The notes under the pieces are model-generated. The model saw only the letters and a list, made by a program, of their open reading frames with translations, had not been told where the DNA came from and did not search any database. Positions 26,557-41,663 of a DNA stretch of 64,000 bases are shown one piece after another. Origin of the DNA: Octopus vulgaris. Lineage: Eukaryota. The stretch is from positions 105,338,001 through 105,402,000 of the forward strand of contig OX597818.1 of the NCBI GenBank assembly GCA_951406725.2, written 5' to 3'. The first letter of the stretch is position 1. Each line of letters opens with the position of its first letter. A program made the position numbers and the translations under genes.

Positions 26557-27166
26557 AAAATACATATAAAAAAATAAGTAATAAAAGTAAAACACATCTA
26601 TATACACATATGCACGTACACACACACGTCTCTATACGCGCATACCCGCATGTCTATATACGCACGCACACACACAAAGGTTCATACACACATGTAGAAG
26701 AAAAACGGCTAAAGGCAAAATAGAGGAAAATGGGCAAAAAAATGTGTAAAAACGACAAAGACTAAAACACATCTATATACACACATACTCGCATGTCCAC
26801 GTACAAGCTTTTTATCTCTCTATACTTTTTACTTATATTTCTTTATATTTTTTATATATCCATTGCTAAGAGCATTTTTAAGCCAGCCCGTCAAGTTCAA
26901 CCTTCGCATATTCCCGGTGCACCCGCCCTTGCCCACCCCCACCACCAATACCGGATATCTCTATATTTTTGCTCCATCTATACCGGATGTCGCTTCTCCC
27001 ACCACCATTATAGGTGTCTACTCTTCGAACCCCCTCTTCAATACGCTATTTCACCATGCATTACCCCTCTCGTGATATCCTACGTTCTACTTGTCTAGAA
27101 CCTGTCATCGTTTCTCCGAACACCCCTCCCCACTGGTGCTCCCCTATATTTCTGCACCCTCCCCCC

Positions 27167-27482
27167 ACATAAAAAGCACCATCCGAACGTGGCCGATGCC
27201 AGCACCGCCCCGACTGGCTTTTGTGCAGGTGGCACATAAAAAGCACCAACTGACCGTGGCTGATGCCAGACCCCTCTGGCACCTGTGCAGGTGGGACGTA
27301 AAAAGCACCCACTACACTCGCGGAGTGGTTGGCGTTAGGAAGGGCATCCAGCTGTAGAAACACTGCCAGACCAGACTGGAGCCTGGGGCAGCCCCTGGCT
27401 CCCCAGACCCCGGTCGAAACCGTCCAACCCGTGCTAGCGCGGAAAACAGACATTAAACGATGATGATGATGATGATGATGAT
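27167..27482 (+). mobile_element. RTE 3' end (or RTE-tail SINE)
   Basis: Same 3'UTR units and (TGA)n tail as 9900-10141. Confidence 0.8.
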
Positions 27483-28548
27483 AATGTTTCAGCTGATATA
27501 CCTTCCAGCCTTCATCATGTGTCTTGGGGAAATATCGAAACTGGGTTCTATTTTTCAACGTGAGTGGTGGCAGTAGCAGCAGCAGCAGCAGCAGCATCTT
27601 CATCATCGCTGTCATCGTCATGCAGGTCACTGCCTGGAATCGAACTCAGAATCTTGGGGTTAGTAGCCTACGCTCTTAACCACTACACCATATGCCCGAG
27701 GAGTGCAATTGTGGAGTGAATTTTAGGGCTTATAAATCTAATATTCTCCTATCCTTCCTTAATACTAGTTCCCATATGCCATTCATAAATTGGTGATAAG
27801 GTGTATATGAGGACATACAAAACTGAAAAGTAGAACTGGGAAGAGGGTAAAATTACCAAATACATAGGTAAAATGATGTATTGGGTAAAAAGTAGAAAAG
27901 GCATACAAAAGAGTCTCAAGAACTAACTGAAAAAGAGATTCGTGGAGAGTGAACCAAAGAAGCTGAAGGAACCAATAGAATAGTTATACGATACGTTCCA
28001 AGTAACAATGCCACTGCAGGTGATTGAACCCAGGCATTCAAGTGAAAGGAAAAGAAAACATACAGCGGTCCTGAAAATATATGCCATGAGAAAAAACTAT
28101 TAAATTGCACAAAAAAAAATCTCAAAAAAGGGAGGTGAACTGAATAAAAAAAATTATTGCTAAATAAAATGAGACTGCTAAAGAAAAACTTAAAAGGGAA
28201 GAGGTTGTAGGGAATCAGTAATAATGGGACATTCCTCCCACATGACAAATGGAATGAACCAGTCACTATAAGTAAGGTGATATCAGCTGGTGTCGAGAGA
28301 GTACGTAGAGTATAAGAGTACGTGTAGACTGTGTTGATAGTTGTGTCTGTGTGGATATAGTAATTATACTGTGATACTGAGTGGATGTTATAATGATTCA
28401 AACTTTTGAGGATAATAACACTGTACGACTGGGAGTTGTACAGTGCCAGATAGAAACATCCTATCAGCAACTTCAGAATATAACAATATCTGTCAGAGCA
28501 ACAACCGTCATCAAAAGACAGATACATCAGTGGCAAAAGAATGCTTTA
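27483..28548. mobile_element. Penelope-like terminal fragments in opposite orientations
   Basis: 27483-27560 matches 16765-16850 directly, while 28200-28545 matches 17500-17845 inverted. Confidence 0.55.
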
Positions 28549-28709
28549 TAGCATATATATATATATATATATATATATGTCCCACCCATGCCAGTATGGA
28601 AGGTGAACGTTAAACGATGATGATGATGATGATGATGATAATGATGATGATACACACACACACACACACACACACACTCAGACTGGACCAAAAGTCATAT
28701 TTATGTATA

Positions 28710-29722
28710 CTAGCTGATCGATTCTGCTAGTACATGTCTAAACTCCTGTTCGTAGTATGATAGTAAAAAGTGAAACTTACTAGAATTTTCTTAAAGAATT
28801 TCCTTATAAACAATGTTGTCAGCGTAGATTCCTTTGGACTCTGAGTCCAAAGCCAATATATGCACATTGTTCCCAGAACCAACACTGTTGTTGGTAGCAT
28901 AGAACTGGCCATGACTGAACATAGGTATTGGCAGGTAAATCCCAACTTGCTCTAAGGTCTGGCCCTGAGATTTGCTTGATATCATTCCAAAAGCCAGCTT
29001 CACAGAAAACTGCTTTCTGGAAAATGAGAATGGATAGTCTTCAGTAGTGGTCAGTAGAATTTGCGGTATCATTATTCGGATTCCAGCATGTATCCCATTG
29101 ACCACTTCTGCTTCAATAAGGTGGTTTTGCAGATTCAAGACTATATATATCATGTTCTGTTGCAATGTCTTCCTGCTGGATCAAGGTTTCTGAGCAGCAC
29201 AATGGAAGAGTGCTTCTTCAAAACCAAAATGTGTAGGGGAAAACTTAATGGATTGAGATCAATGATCAGTTCCAGCGGGAACATAATCTCATTTTCGTGT
29301 AAAGTGTTACAGCTTCGATAAGTTTTACTATCTCCTTGAAAAAGTTTCGACATGACAACTGTATTCACTTCTTCAGCAGTCTTGTTTGTAGGAGTAATGA
29401 TGGCTCTACTCCTTATCCATAGTCCCTCTCTATATTTCTCAATACCCCTAAGACCACTTCACAAAGGTCCTGTAGTCTTGTAGGGTCAATCAAATGCGGT
29501 GGAGGAATAGATATCTTGTATTCACCAATTTCTTGATTGGTAGGAAATGTTCCATTCCCCAGCTGGACGCGATAACAGTGTCATCACCGCCAGAATTTTA
29601 AACTCTCATATTGATAGACAATTGCAGGCTTTGGACATAGTTCCAAATATATGACTGTTTTAATGTAACAGGAATAATCTGGGCTCTGGAACCTCTTTGC
29701 ACCATGGGCAAGATCTGCCGAA
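28710..29722 (-). mobile_element. Helitron 3' fragment (PIF1 helicase pseudogene)
   Basis: FRQILPMVQRGSRAQI, LHILVLKKHSSIVLLRNLDPAGRHCN, FSRKQFSVKLAFGMISSKSQGQTL and FSHGQFY. Candidate 3' CTAG|T terminus at 28710-28713. Confidence 0.8.
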
Positions 29723-30600
29723 CACATAGAAAATCCAGCAACACATGCTATGTGTTCGGCATGTTGGTCGCCTTGGGTACTTAAGTCAATTTACAATGGA
29801 TCTAGAGTACCTGTTGGTTTTCAATATATCTAGGACACAGATTTATGCCAATGGGTAAATGTTGTGTATAGAATACGATGTAACAAATGCAACAAGTTCT
29901 ATGTGGGTAGCACAACAAGACTGTTACACGTCCACATCAAAGAACATCTGAATACGAGAGCCTCCTCCTTCAGAAAACATCTAGACAGATGCCAGAACAC
30001 TGACAAAAGCATAATGGTCACAATTGAGAACAGTCACAATGAAAGAAATTTGGGTAATTTAAAAATTAAGGAAGCTATACTCATACACAGACTTGTTCCC
30101 CAAATTAACAACAGGCTGGAGGTTGGTAATCAATATATTATTTAGCTACATCTGGATACATGTAGGTTCATTTTTGATAACATGCTCATGTATTGTTTAT
30201 AATAAAAAAAAAAGAAAAGGAGAAAGGAAAAAAGAAGGAAGCTGCACGTATAATACATAACTTAGAAGCAGTGCTACGGATGTGCCAGCACACACGAGCT
30301 TCAGACATGGCCGACCTTACACACTTCTCAAGAGGAATTCTGGAAGGAGCTTCATGAGACCACTGCTGAGATGCTTCTGAAAAAAAGAAGCCGTTGGAAA
30401 ACTAATTTTAACAATGACTCCATCAATTCTTAGGGATATCTGAAGAAGGAATTTTTATTCCGAAATATCATATCAGACTATGGATGATTAAATTACAACA
30501 GTTATTATAGACCATTGTTTGTATTATAGTGCATTGTTGTGCCATTCAAAACACTTTGTTCTTTACAAACAATACACAGTGCTTCGAGCAAACTACAATA
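29723..30600 (+). mobile_element. Penelope-like 3' fragment (GIY-YIG) with hammerhead motif
   Basis: ORF 29864-30145 gives VYRIRCNKCNKFYVGSTTRLLHVHIKEH...LKIKEAILI...PQIN. CTGAAGA-a-ggaat-tttt-attcc-GAAA-tatcata-TC at 30440-30474. Confidence 0.8.
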
Positions 30601-32549
30601 CTCTCATATATATATGTATATTAGGCATTACAAGTGTGTTAAGAGTACTTGAGTAGAGCTGGTTGGTTTGATACTACTTCTTCTCATAGACATCATGGAA
30701 AATGAACAGAATCTGTTTTACAAATTTGTAGATGCCAGCAAGAACCCAGACAATAGCCTGTTTCTCCAGAACAATCACAAAAACTTTTTCAATTTATATA
30801 ATCTGTATTTTCTTCTCATTATAAAATGTGATCTCTTATTAAAACAACACACATCCACTCTCTTTTTCATAACTTAATGTATCTACTTTTCACGCCTTTT
30901 GAGAAGAGAATGAGGGTAAATAACAAGCAACCAGCCCAATAATCATACAAAATTTGATTTTTCCACAAAATATACTTGTAAAATAGGTGTGCATCTTATG
31001 TAATAGTGCATCTTATGCATCAGCAAATATCATAATTCTAGATGAAGTTATAATTTTTTGCATTACCTGTGAGAAGTCCATTGGTTATTTTGAAAACTAC
31101 TTGAGTGTTGACATTGGGAGGTTATATAGAGAACCCTGAAATTCATGTATGCTACTGATTTTCCAACAACTGATAATTTGATGCCTATTTTAATGCAGAT
31201 ATAATGGACTCTTAAATTTCCTGCAAACATTATTGGTTTCAAATTTTGGCACAAGGCCAGCAATTTTGAGGGTGAGGGATTGTTGATTACATTGACCCTA
31301 GTGCCTTAACTGATACTTATTTTAACAACCTTGAAATGATGAAAGGTAATGTCAACCTTTGCAGAATTTGAACTCAGAACCTAAAGATGAACAGAATGCC
31401 ACTAAGCATTTTGCCTGATGTGCAATCAATTCTGCCAGCTCACTATCTTGTTTCCTGCAAATGTTATTCATTACATTTTAACTACCAAGATTTTATGACA
31501 CACATTTGCTTATTCAGTTATACCATCAAGGAGGAAACATTCTCCCTATACCCAATAATATGATATAAAGATCAAATGTTTAAAACTAAACCTAACATCA
31601 CATGTTAACTCCCTAAAGGCCTGCTTTCTGTGAAGAGCAAGTAAATAGATAATTTACCATCACAGTGGAGAATATGGTGTACCAGCATGAAAATGATAAA
31701 GATAAATATACTCCCTTTCACAGTTACATTTCAAGACAGGGTCCAATGGTAAGAAAGCTAGTACATGGTATAAATTTTATTTAAAATACTTTCATACTCT
31801 CTCCCAACAGTAACTACTCTGTTGCTCTGCCACTGTTACCTTCTGAAGACAATAAATCTGTCCCTTTCATCATACTCTACCCACTCTCTTCACTGTGTCA
31901 AAAGGTATTACTGTGTTTCTTCTATTCTCCTTTCAGTAATGGAGGTTTTTTTAATCTTGTCTTTTACAAAGACACCTCATTAGTACTGATGCCATGAGAA
32001 AAGCATTAACTACACTCTGTAAAGTGGTTGATATTAAGAAGGGTATCCGGCCACTGAAACCATGCCAAAACTAAGACACTGAGACAGGATGCTGGCTTCC
32101 AACCTATCAGATTTCGTTGAACTGTCCAACATGGAAAGAGGCTGTAAAATGATGCTGATGGTGATTATGATGATAATATGTATTTTAGCTGTATAATAAA
32201 TTCAGTTTAATATAACTGAAAAATATATTCATTGAATTAATTTTATGTAACATAAAGTTGTTATGGAAAAATGAGAAAACACTACACAGGGTCATTATTT
32301 GCTGATCTAACATGTAAATTACACACTTGGCAATAAAATTATCTCAACAAGTATCACTTATTGTTTTACTCTCAGTATTACAATTAATCTCTTAGTTGTG
32401 AGAGGTGCTAGACCCAATATTACAATGGATGTGGTGGAGTACTGAACTAAATGCGTTATTGTAATTAACTTATTTGTGGCCATATTTCTAAGATCACAAT
32501 TCTCTGCCTTTACATTTGAATTTTCAATATGATTAAAGATGACAATAGT

Positions 32550-32688
32550 TTTAAGCTTGCTTCCCAACCACATGGTTCCATGTTCAATCCCACAACATGG
32601 CATTTTAGGCAAGTGTCTTCTACTATAGCCTCAGGCCAACCAAAGCCTTGTGAGTGGATTTGGTAGATGGAAACTGAAAGAAACCTGT

Positions 32689-32690
<2 letters not shown>
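32550..32690 (+). mobile_element. SINE fragment followed by (TA)n(TATG)n
   Basis: Same body as the 650-1022 SINE. Confidence 0.7.
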
Positions 32691-32754
<64 letters not shown>

Positions 32755-32856
32755 TGTATGTATGTATGTATGTATGTATGTATGTATGTATGTATGTATG
32801 TATGTATGTATGTATGTATGTATGTATGTGTGCATGTGTGTGTGTGTGTGTCTCAC

Positions 32857-33681
32857 TCATGTGTGAAACTGTTGAAAGCGTGCGCTCATTCAAAATGGTA
32901 GAAGTGTATAGTATAAATAATATAGGTAGCCCATTAGCAATTCAAACCTAAAGGCAAATTTATAAACAAGGATACAAAATAGTACCAGTATTGATAGAAA
33001 CGAGAGTCAAAAACAACTCAAAAATCCACAAAAACCACTTACTCAATAAGTTGATGGAAGAGAAGAAGCAAGACAGCTCTTTACCGTAGTGAGACAAACT
33101 CACACAAGAAGTAGTAGATATATTTATATCACATGATTTCAAACTGTGAATCATTTCATCTTAGCTCTCATCAGTGGATCTTACTGTGTTGTCAACTTAT
33201 TGAGTTAGTGCTTCTTGTGACTTTTTGAGTTGTTTTTTACTCTTGTTTTTAGCGATGTTGGTACTATTTTGTACCCTTGTTTATAAATTTGTCTTTAGAT
33301 TTGAATTGCTAACAGGCCACCTATATTATTTATACTATACACTTTTACCGTTTTGAATTAGTGCATGCTTTCAACGATATTTCTCATGAGTTGACGAGGT
33401 GAGTTATGCTACAACCCTAGGTGCAGTAAGATCCACTAACAAGAGTTAAGATGAAATGATACAGAGTTCGAAATCACATGATAAGGATATATCTGCTACT
33501 TTTTGTCTCACCACAGTAAGGATCTTTCTTGCTTCCTCTTTTTTGTTGACTTATTGAGTTAGTGCTTTTGTGGATTTTTGAATCATTTTTGACTCTTGTT
33601 TCTAGTAATGCTGGTACTACTTTCTACCCTTATTTATAAATTTGCCTTTAGGTTTAAATTGTTAACAGGCCACCTGTATTA
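32857..33681. repeat. Inverted plus tandem repeat cluster (Penelope-type pseudo-LTRs)
   Basis: 32857-33186 is the reverse complement of 33195-33390 and of 33424-33681. Hammerhead-like core in the repeat unit. Confidence 0.8.
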
Positions 33682-33691
33682 TATATATATA

Positions 33692-35212
<1,521 letters not shown>

Positions 35213-35372
35213 ACAATGGGCTTCCTTCAGCTTCTGTCTACCAAATCTACTCACAAGGCTTTGGTTTGCTGAAGCTTTTGTAGAAGACACTTGCCCAAAA
35301 TGCCATACAGTGGGACTGAACCCAGAACCATAGGGCTGAGAAGCAAACTTCTAACCACACAGCCATGCCTGC
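35213..35372 (-). mobile_element. tRNA-derived SINE fragment
   Basis: Reverse complement of the 650-1022 family head and body. Confidence 0.7.
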
Positions 35373-35999
35373 ACTTTAGCTTTCACATTATAGCAATTTT
35401 TCAGTTCAAGATTTTAAATTTAGATTTTAAGATATTAATAAATTTTAAGATATTAATAAAAGTATTTTCAGGTGGCTTAATGCTTAAAGAGATAACTTCT
35501 ATTTCCCTTTAAATTCTGTGTTCAATCTTAAGTTGAAGAGAGAAAGACTATCCTTCTTCCAAGTAAGGTTGAAAATGAAGCACATAACAATTATACTAGG
35601 ATAGGCTGAGTATTTAAGCATGTATACATTCACACACACATACACATATGCGTGCATACATGCAAAAAGCACAAACACAGTTGGGGAAACCCAACTAAAA
35701 CAACAATAAATATCTAATTGACCTTAAAAAAGATTTGAACACAGAATAATAGGACTAGTCTTTCAAGTTGTAATGTATGTTGGATGAAATAAGTATTTAT
35801 AGCATGAAAACTGACAAAAATTTTGGGGTCAAATTCAAAAGCTCAGACTGACAAGATATAAAGTGGGCATTAAAAGATGATGATGACATATACATGGAAA
35901 CATACATATACTCATACCTATAGAGATATGTATAGTTAGCAGAAGCAGAGTGACTCAAGGGCCAAGAATATTGTGTGTTAGTTTTACTTTTCCTGTTTA

Positions 36000-38900
36000 T
36001 CATTTATCATCCATTGTCCATGATGGCATAGGCTAGATGGTTTGACCCGGGCTGGTAAGCTGGGGTGGGGGGTGGGGGGCTGTACTAAATTCCAGTCTGA
36101 TTTGGCATGGTTTCTATGGCTGGATGTTCTTCCAAACACCAACTGCTTTTATGTGCCACCAGCACAAGTGCCAGTTGTGTGATGCCAGTATCTGCCACAA
36201 CTATGATTTCACTTGGTTTGATGGGTCTTCTTCTCAAACACAGCATATTGCCAAAGGTCTTTGTCATTTGTCATTGCTCCATGAGGCCCAACACTCAAAA
36301 GGTGCTTTTTACATGGAACCAGCATGGCTGCTAGTTATGCAACAAGGCATTAGTCACATTGTCTCCGTAAGGCCCAGTGCTCGAAAGGTGCTTTTTATGT
36401 GCCAGTTATGTGACACCAACAACAGCCACAATTATGATTTCACTTGGTTTGATGAATCTTCTCAAGCATGGCATATCACCAAAGGTCTCAGTCACTAGTC
36501 ATTGCCTCTGTGAGGCCCAACATTCGAAGATCATGCTTCACCACCTCATCCCATGTCTTCCTGGGTCTCCCTCTTCCACAGCTTCTTTCACTGGTAGAGA
36601 TTGACATTTCTTCACACAGATGTCTTCTTGACGTGGCTGAAGATTGTTTTCTATCGCAACATGTTGAATATCCGACAAGGCATCGGTCTGGGCAGCAGCC
36701 ATCTATGCTAGATCTGGTATTCTCCCGATATCCAAGATCAGTGTCAGACGTATCTGTGTGCGCCCCTCTTGCCAAGAGTGATCATGCGGTCCTGAAGTTC
36801 GTCATGCACACAACTTTTTCCACGCCCACGATTACTTCGCTGCCACGTAGAGTCTTCTCTGCAATTAATCTTGAAATTCTAACCGAGGCTTCCGCGCTTC
36901 TGGACTGGCGTTCCCTGATGACGTTGTCCTCAGTTGACGAACTATGGTCATCCCTCAAAGCATATGTAATCTGTTTGACTGACCAGGCAGTTCCCGTTGG
37001 ACTTCCCAAGAGGAAGAAACACAAGCCCTGGGTGACGAAGAAGGTTAAACAAGAACGTCGACTCAGAGATATTGCTTGGGCTGAATTCAAAAATCTGGAT
37101 TCGACTGCAGCTTTTGAGGTGTACAAAACTCAACGAGACCGAGCCGTGAAAATTGAAAAGAAGGAACGCTTCAGTTATGAATACAAAATCGCAGCAAATG
37201 CCAGTAGCAATCCAAAAACCTTCTTTGCCCATGTCCAGCGGAATTCCCGCTTGAACAACCAGATTGCAACGTTGGTAGACTCAACAGGCGTATCGATTGA
37301 GGACCCTTATCAACAGAGTCTATTATTTGCCGAGGCTTTTTCAACTATTTTCAAACAAGATGATGGTTGTGAACCCCCTCCATTTGATAGATCGGTACCT
37401 CCAATGCTTCGATTGATCATCACGCGGGACCAAGTCAAACGTGTTATTCAAGGCCTCGATGTCAACAAGGGTCACGGCCCTGACGGCATACACCCACGGG
37501 TTATCAAAGCGTTGGCTCCGGTCATCTGCGAGCCCTTAACACGACTATTCAATATGTCATTGGCGACGGGTGTTATACCTGCAGACTGGAGAACAGCGAT
37601 AATCTGCCCAATTTTCAAGAAAGGGAGCCGCGAAGACCCGCTTAACTACCGACCGGTTTCCCTTACATCAATAATCAGCAAGATGTTCGAAACCATCCTT
37701 AAGAAAAGTATGATGCTCTACCTCCTAAACACAGCCTCGATCACTGATTCCCAACACGGCTTCGTGCCGAAGAGATCATGTTTGACCAACTTACTAGTAA
37801 TGGAAGAATTGGTGACGCGCATCCTCGATGATAGTGATGCTGTTGACATCGTTTTATTGGACTTTGCCAAAGCTTTTGACTCGGTAAACCACCGCCTACT
37901 ACTTGTCAAGCTTCAAGCATATAGTTTCCATCCGGATATTGTACGATGAGTTGGTGCCTTCCTCTCAGATTGCTCCTTCCAAGTTCAAGTTAATGGTTCG
38001 CGGTCCGACGTCTCCAGTGCGAGCAGTGGCATGCCTCAAGGTTCAGTGCTTGGGCCCTTGTTGTTCTTAGTCTTCATAAATGACTTGCCCGACGACCTCA
38101 TGCAACACACCCTTCTATTTGCCGACGGTATCAAACTGGTCGCTCCTCGCGGTAGTATAGAGGATCTTCGTCGATGCCTCCACCAAATTTGGAAGTGGTC
38201 TAACGATTGGGACCTGTGTCGGAACGTGTCAAAGTGCTGTCATCTGCCTGTCGGCTCTACTCCTGCAACTCAACTTGATTTCGAGCCGGGTCGTCTGCTG
38301 CTGGAGAGGACCGATCAGGTAAAGGACCTGGGTATCTTGGTGGATTCCTCCTTTTCGCCTTCGGCCCAGTGCGTCCATGCTGCCAACAAAGCGCGCGGAA
38401 TTCTGTTTTTGATTCGACGGTCATTCGGAATGCTCACAGCAGCCATATTCCTGCCACTCTATGTCACGCTGGTGAGACCCATATTGGAGTATGGGATTCA
38501 AGCCTCTTCTCCTTATCTCCTCAAAGACATACAGCACCTCGAAAGAGTCCAGAGGCTGGCTACCCGCATGGTTCATGGTCTCAAAAATTTGTCCTACGAA
38601 GAAAGGCTGAGAACGCTCGACCTTTGTTCTCTTGAAAAACGCCGCCGCTGTGGTGATCTCATTCTCGCCCACAACATCATAAGCGGGAAGTGTAACCTCT
38701 CGAAAGAGCTGTTCTTCACTCCTGCTCCGGAGCGTCGGCTGCGGGGTAATTCCGAAAAGCTCTACCTGCGACGATTTCATCTCAATCGAAGGAGAGGAGC
38801 TTTCTCCGTCTGGGTTGCGGATCCGTGGAACAAGCTGCCAGACGAGATGGTGAAGATGCCGACGACCGCTTTGTTCAAAGCCTCCCTGGACCTCAAGTGG

Positions 38901-39670
38901 CCTGAACTCTTTACATGAACACCACCATGTACTTAACTCCATGTCCCCCTACATGGCCTTGCTATTTGCTTTTGAGCCAAATTAACTAACTAACTAACTA
39001 ACTAACATGTCCACATCCATATGTGTCACATGACCATACCAGTGCAGTTGTCCCTCTTGCAGATCACATCTGATGCCTCTTATGCCTAACTTTTCTCTCA
39101 AGACATTTACACTCTGATGTACATGCACAGACATTGCACATCCAGTGAATCATACTAACTTCATTTCTTTCAAACCTACACATGTCCTCTGTAGTCCCAA
39201 CCCATGTTTCATTGCCATGTAGCATGACTGTTTGCACACAGCCATCATACAATCTGCCTTTCACTCTGAGGGAGAGACCCTTTGTTATCAACAAAGATAG
39301 GAGCTCTCTGAACTTTGCCCAACCTATTCTTATTCTCGCAGCTATACTCTCAGAGATTCCACCCCCTTCTACTGACTTGGTCACCAAGGTAAAAGAAGCT
39401 AGCAACTATTTCTACTTTTTTCCCCTGGCATTTGATGGATTCTATTTTCTGTGCATTTTTAGTGTTAATTATACCTGTGCACCTTCCGTACACAAAAACT
39501 AGTTTCCCTGTTAACCTTCCTCTGATATTGCTGCATCTCTTATGTGTCCATAGCTTACACTCAATACATTTTATGGAATTTCTACCTATGCCTTTCCTAC
39601 AGATTGAGAAGGGTCCTCTACCTGAGGGGATTTGTGATTTGTCAGCTTTTCTACTCACTAAGACTTTGAT
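36000..39670 (-). mobile_element. 5'-truncated RTE LINE split by a CR1/L2 insertion
   Basis: 39064-39721 (KLWTHKRC, GLSLRVKGRLYD) continues at ~36620 into GRGRPRKTWDEVVKHDL and the 3'UTR. Confidence 0.85.
36625..39006 (+). mobile_element. 5'-truncated CR1/L2-type LINE ORF2 (APE C-terminus + RT), nearly intact
   Basis: LDLVF..SDH, GPDGIHPR, NYRPVSLTS, QHGF, DFAKAFD, PQGSVLGPLLF and FADG. One in-frame stop at 37947-37949. (CTAA)n tail. Candidate TSD ATGTC at 36620-36624 and 39007-39011. Confidence 0.92.
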
Positions 39671-39728
39671 TATACATACATACATACATACATACATACA
39701 TACATACATACATACATACATACATACT

Positions 39729-39760
<32 letters not shown>

Positions 39761-39835
39761 TATGAGTTCAGCAAAAATTTAGATTCCGATGAATATGGTA
39801 CGTAAGTTGAGGCATACATACCCATACATACATAC

Positions 39836-40712
39836 ATACCCATATATGCATGTATATATACATGTAGAGGTAGGTACATACATATATGTATGTATATATG
39901 CATATGTTTTATTTATTACTTTATTATATGACGGAACGCACTTTCTAAGTAAGATTGTTCTTGATATTAATAATGATGCGCACTCTTGACCTTTCTGTCC
40001 CCTCCCTTTCTCAGCCTTCATTCTTTCTGGTTTCCTTTTCTTCTACCTTACTGTCTCTCCCTCTCTCTCTCATTCTTTCTGGTTTCCTCACAACCATTCC
40101 CTTTTTTTATCTCCCTTTCTCTTGTTCCTCCTCCTCCCTCCCGTCATTGACCCACGCCGAGAGCTCTGCTACTGCCTTTCTGGCCTGGCGTCCTTGAAGT
40201 GTAGACGGCATTTTCTGTTGCTCCTTCGCCGTTCTCAAAAATAGCGTTTGTAACACTATCTCGTTCGGCTTAACAGCCCTTCTTGTCTTGTTATTCTCCT
40301 TGTCCTGTCTTTTACTGTTTATATTTTGTACTGTCGTTACTGTCCTGTTTTTGTTACCATTTTTACCCCTCCGCAAAAATGATCTCAGATTTGATTTAAT
40401 TTGCTTTTCGCGGGAAGGAAAGTTTCTATTGAAGATGCGTATCGCCTTCACCTTCGAAACGCAGAGTAGATGAAACCATGGCGACTGAAGAAGAGGAATT
40501 TTCCTTGTGTTATTTGTCCTGTACTCTGTTTTTTCGTTGTTTAAGAAAAATGTCCAATTCCTTGGTTTTGTGTTTATGTTTTCGTTTCTCATTGTGTTCG
40601 ACGGTTTTTTTTGGTGTCCTGTACCCATATATGCATGTATATATACATGTAGAGGTAGGTACGTACATATATGTATGTATATATGCATATGTTTTATTTA
40701 TTAATTTATTAT
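39836..40712. repeat. ~85-bp direct repeats ~785 bp apart bracketing a pyrimidine-rich unit (probable retroelement terminal repeat)
   Basis: 'tacccatatatgcatgtatatatacatgtagaggtaggtac...gttttatttatta' at ~39836 and ~40622. Confidence 0.65.
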
Positions 40713-40781
40713 ATATATATATTTACGGAGATGTACTCGCATAGCAAGTGATTTGATCTGAGATCGTGTGCTGAAACGAAA

Positions 40782-40900
40782 ACAATTGCAGCGTGGAAGG
40801 TGTTTGTAAGCCATTTAAGAAACACACAAAAGCCGTTCGAAGTGAATCGAACGGCTTTTGTGTGTTTCTTAAATGGCTTACAAACACCTTCCACGCTGCA

Positions 40901-40905
<5 letters not shown>
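40782..40905. repeat. Perfect inverted repeat, 59-bp arms with a 6-nt spacer
   Basis: 40782-40840 is the exact reverse complement of 40847-40905. Confidence 0.95.
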
Positions 40906-40945
<40 letters not shown>

Positions 40946-41500
40946 ACATCTATGTGTGTGTGTCACTGAAGCCATTCACACATACACACATGCATACATA
41001 ACCTCTCTCTCTTTTTCTCTCGCCATTTCTTTTAAGTACCTGGTGCAAGAAAAAGAAAAATAGGTCGGGAAGGGGCAGAGGAAGGATTTATAAATTTTTA
41101 AAAGTTTTTACAAAATGCTTCATGTTACAAACATGGTTTTTGCTTTAGTTCTCGTCTGTCACGATTTCCTTTTAATCGTTAGGTGTATGTGTAGATGTAT
41201 ATATATATATATGTAAGTGTAAGAGAGACAGATAAACAGCAATAGGAAAAGAGAGAGTGGTACTGTAAAGAGATAAGTCACACCTGCGCGAAGATTTGAG
41301 TGAGCGAGCGTGTGTGTGTTTTCTGACACGTACGGAATCACTCAACTATTCAAACGATAACCATAGTAAAGTTACAATTCTTCTTCTCCCTTCCTGTTAC
41401 ACCCCAGACAGCGCTTGCTGGTCCGAATCGATTTTTTAGTTCATAAAATTATAATACTCTATAGTTTAATTCTTTTTGGTTACCACAAAGGCGCGCGCGT

Positions 41501-41663
<163 letters not shown>

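Noticed and set aside
36468-36624. N-terminus of the 493-aa ORF as part of the CR1/L2 protein
   Set aside because: It is antisense RTE sequence upstream of the insertion junction.
40420-40480. Hammerhead-like TTGAAGA...GAAAcgcagagTA (similar partial motifs at ~53975 and ~63200-63255)
   Set aside because: The core or stems are too degenerate to call.
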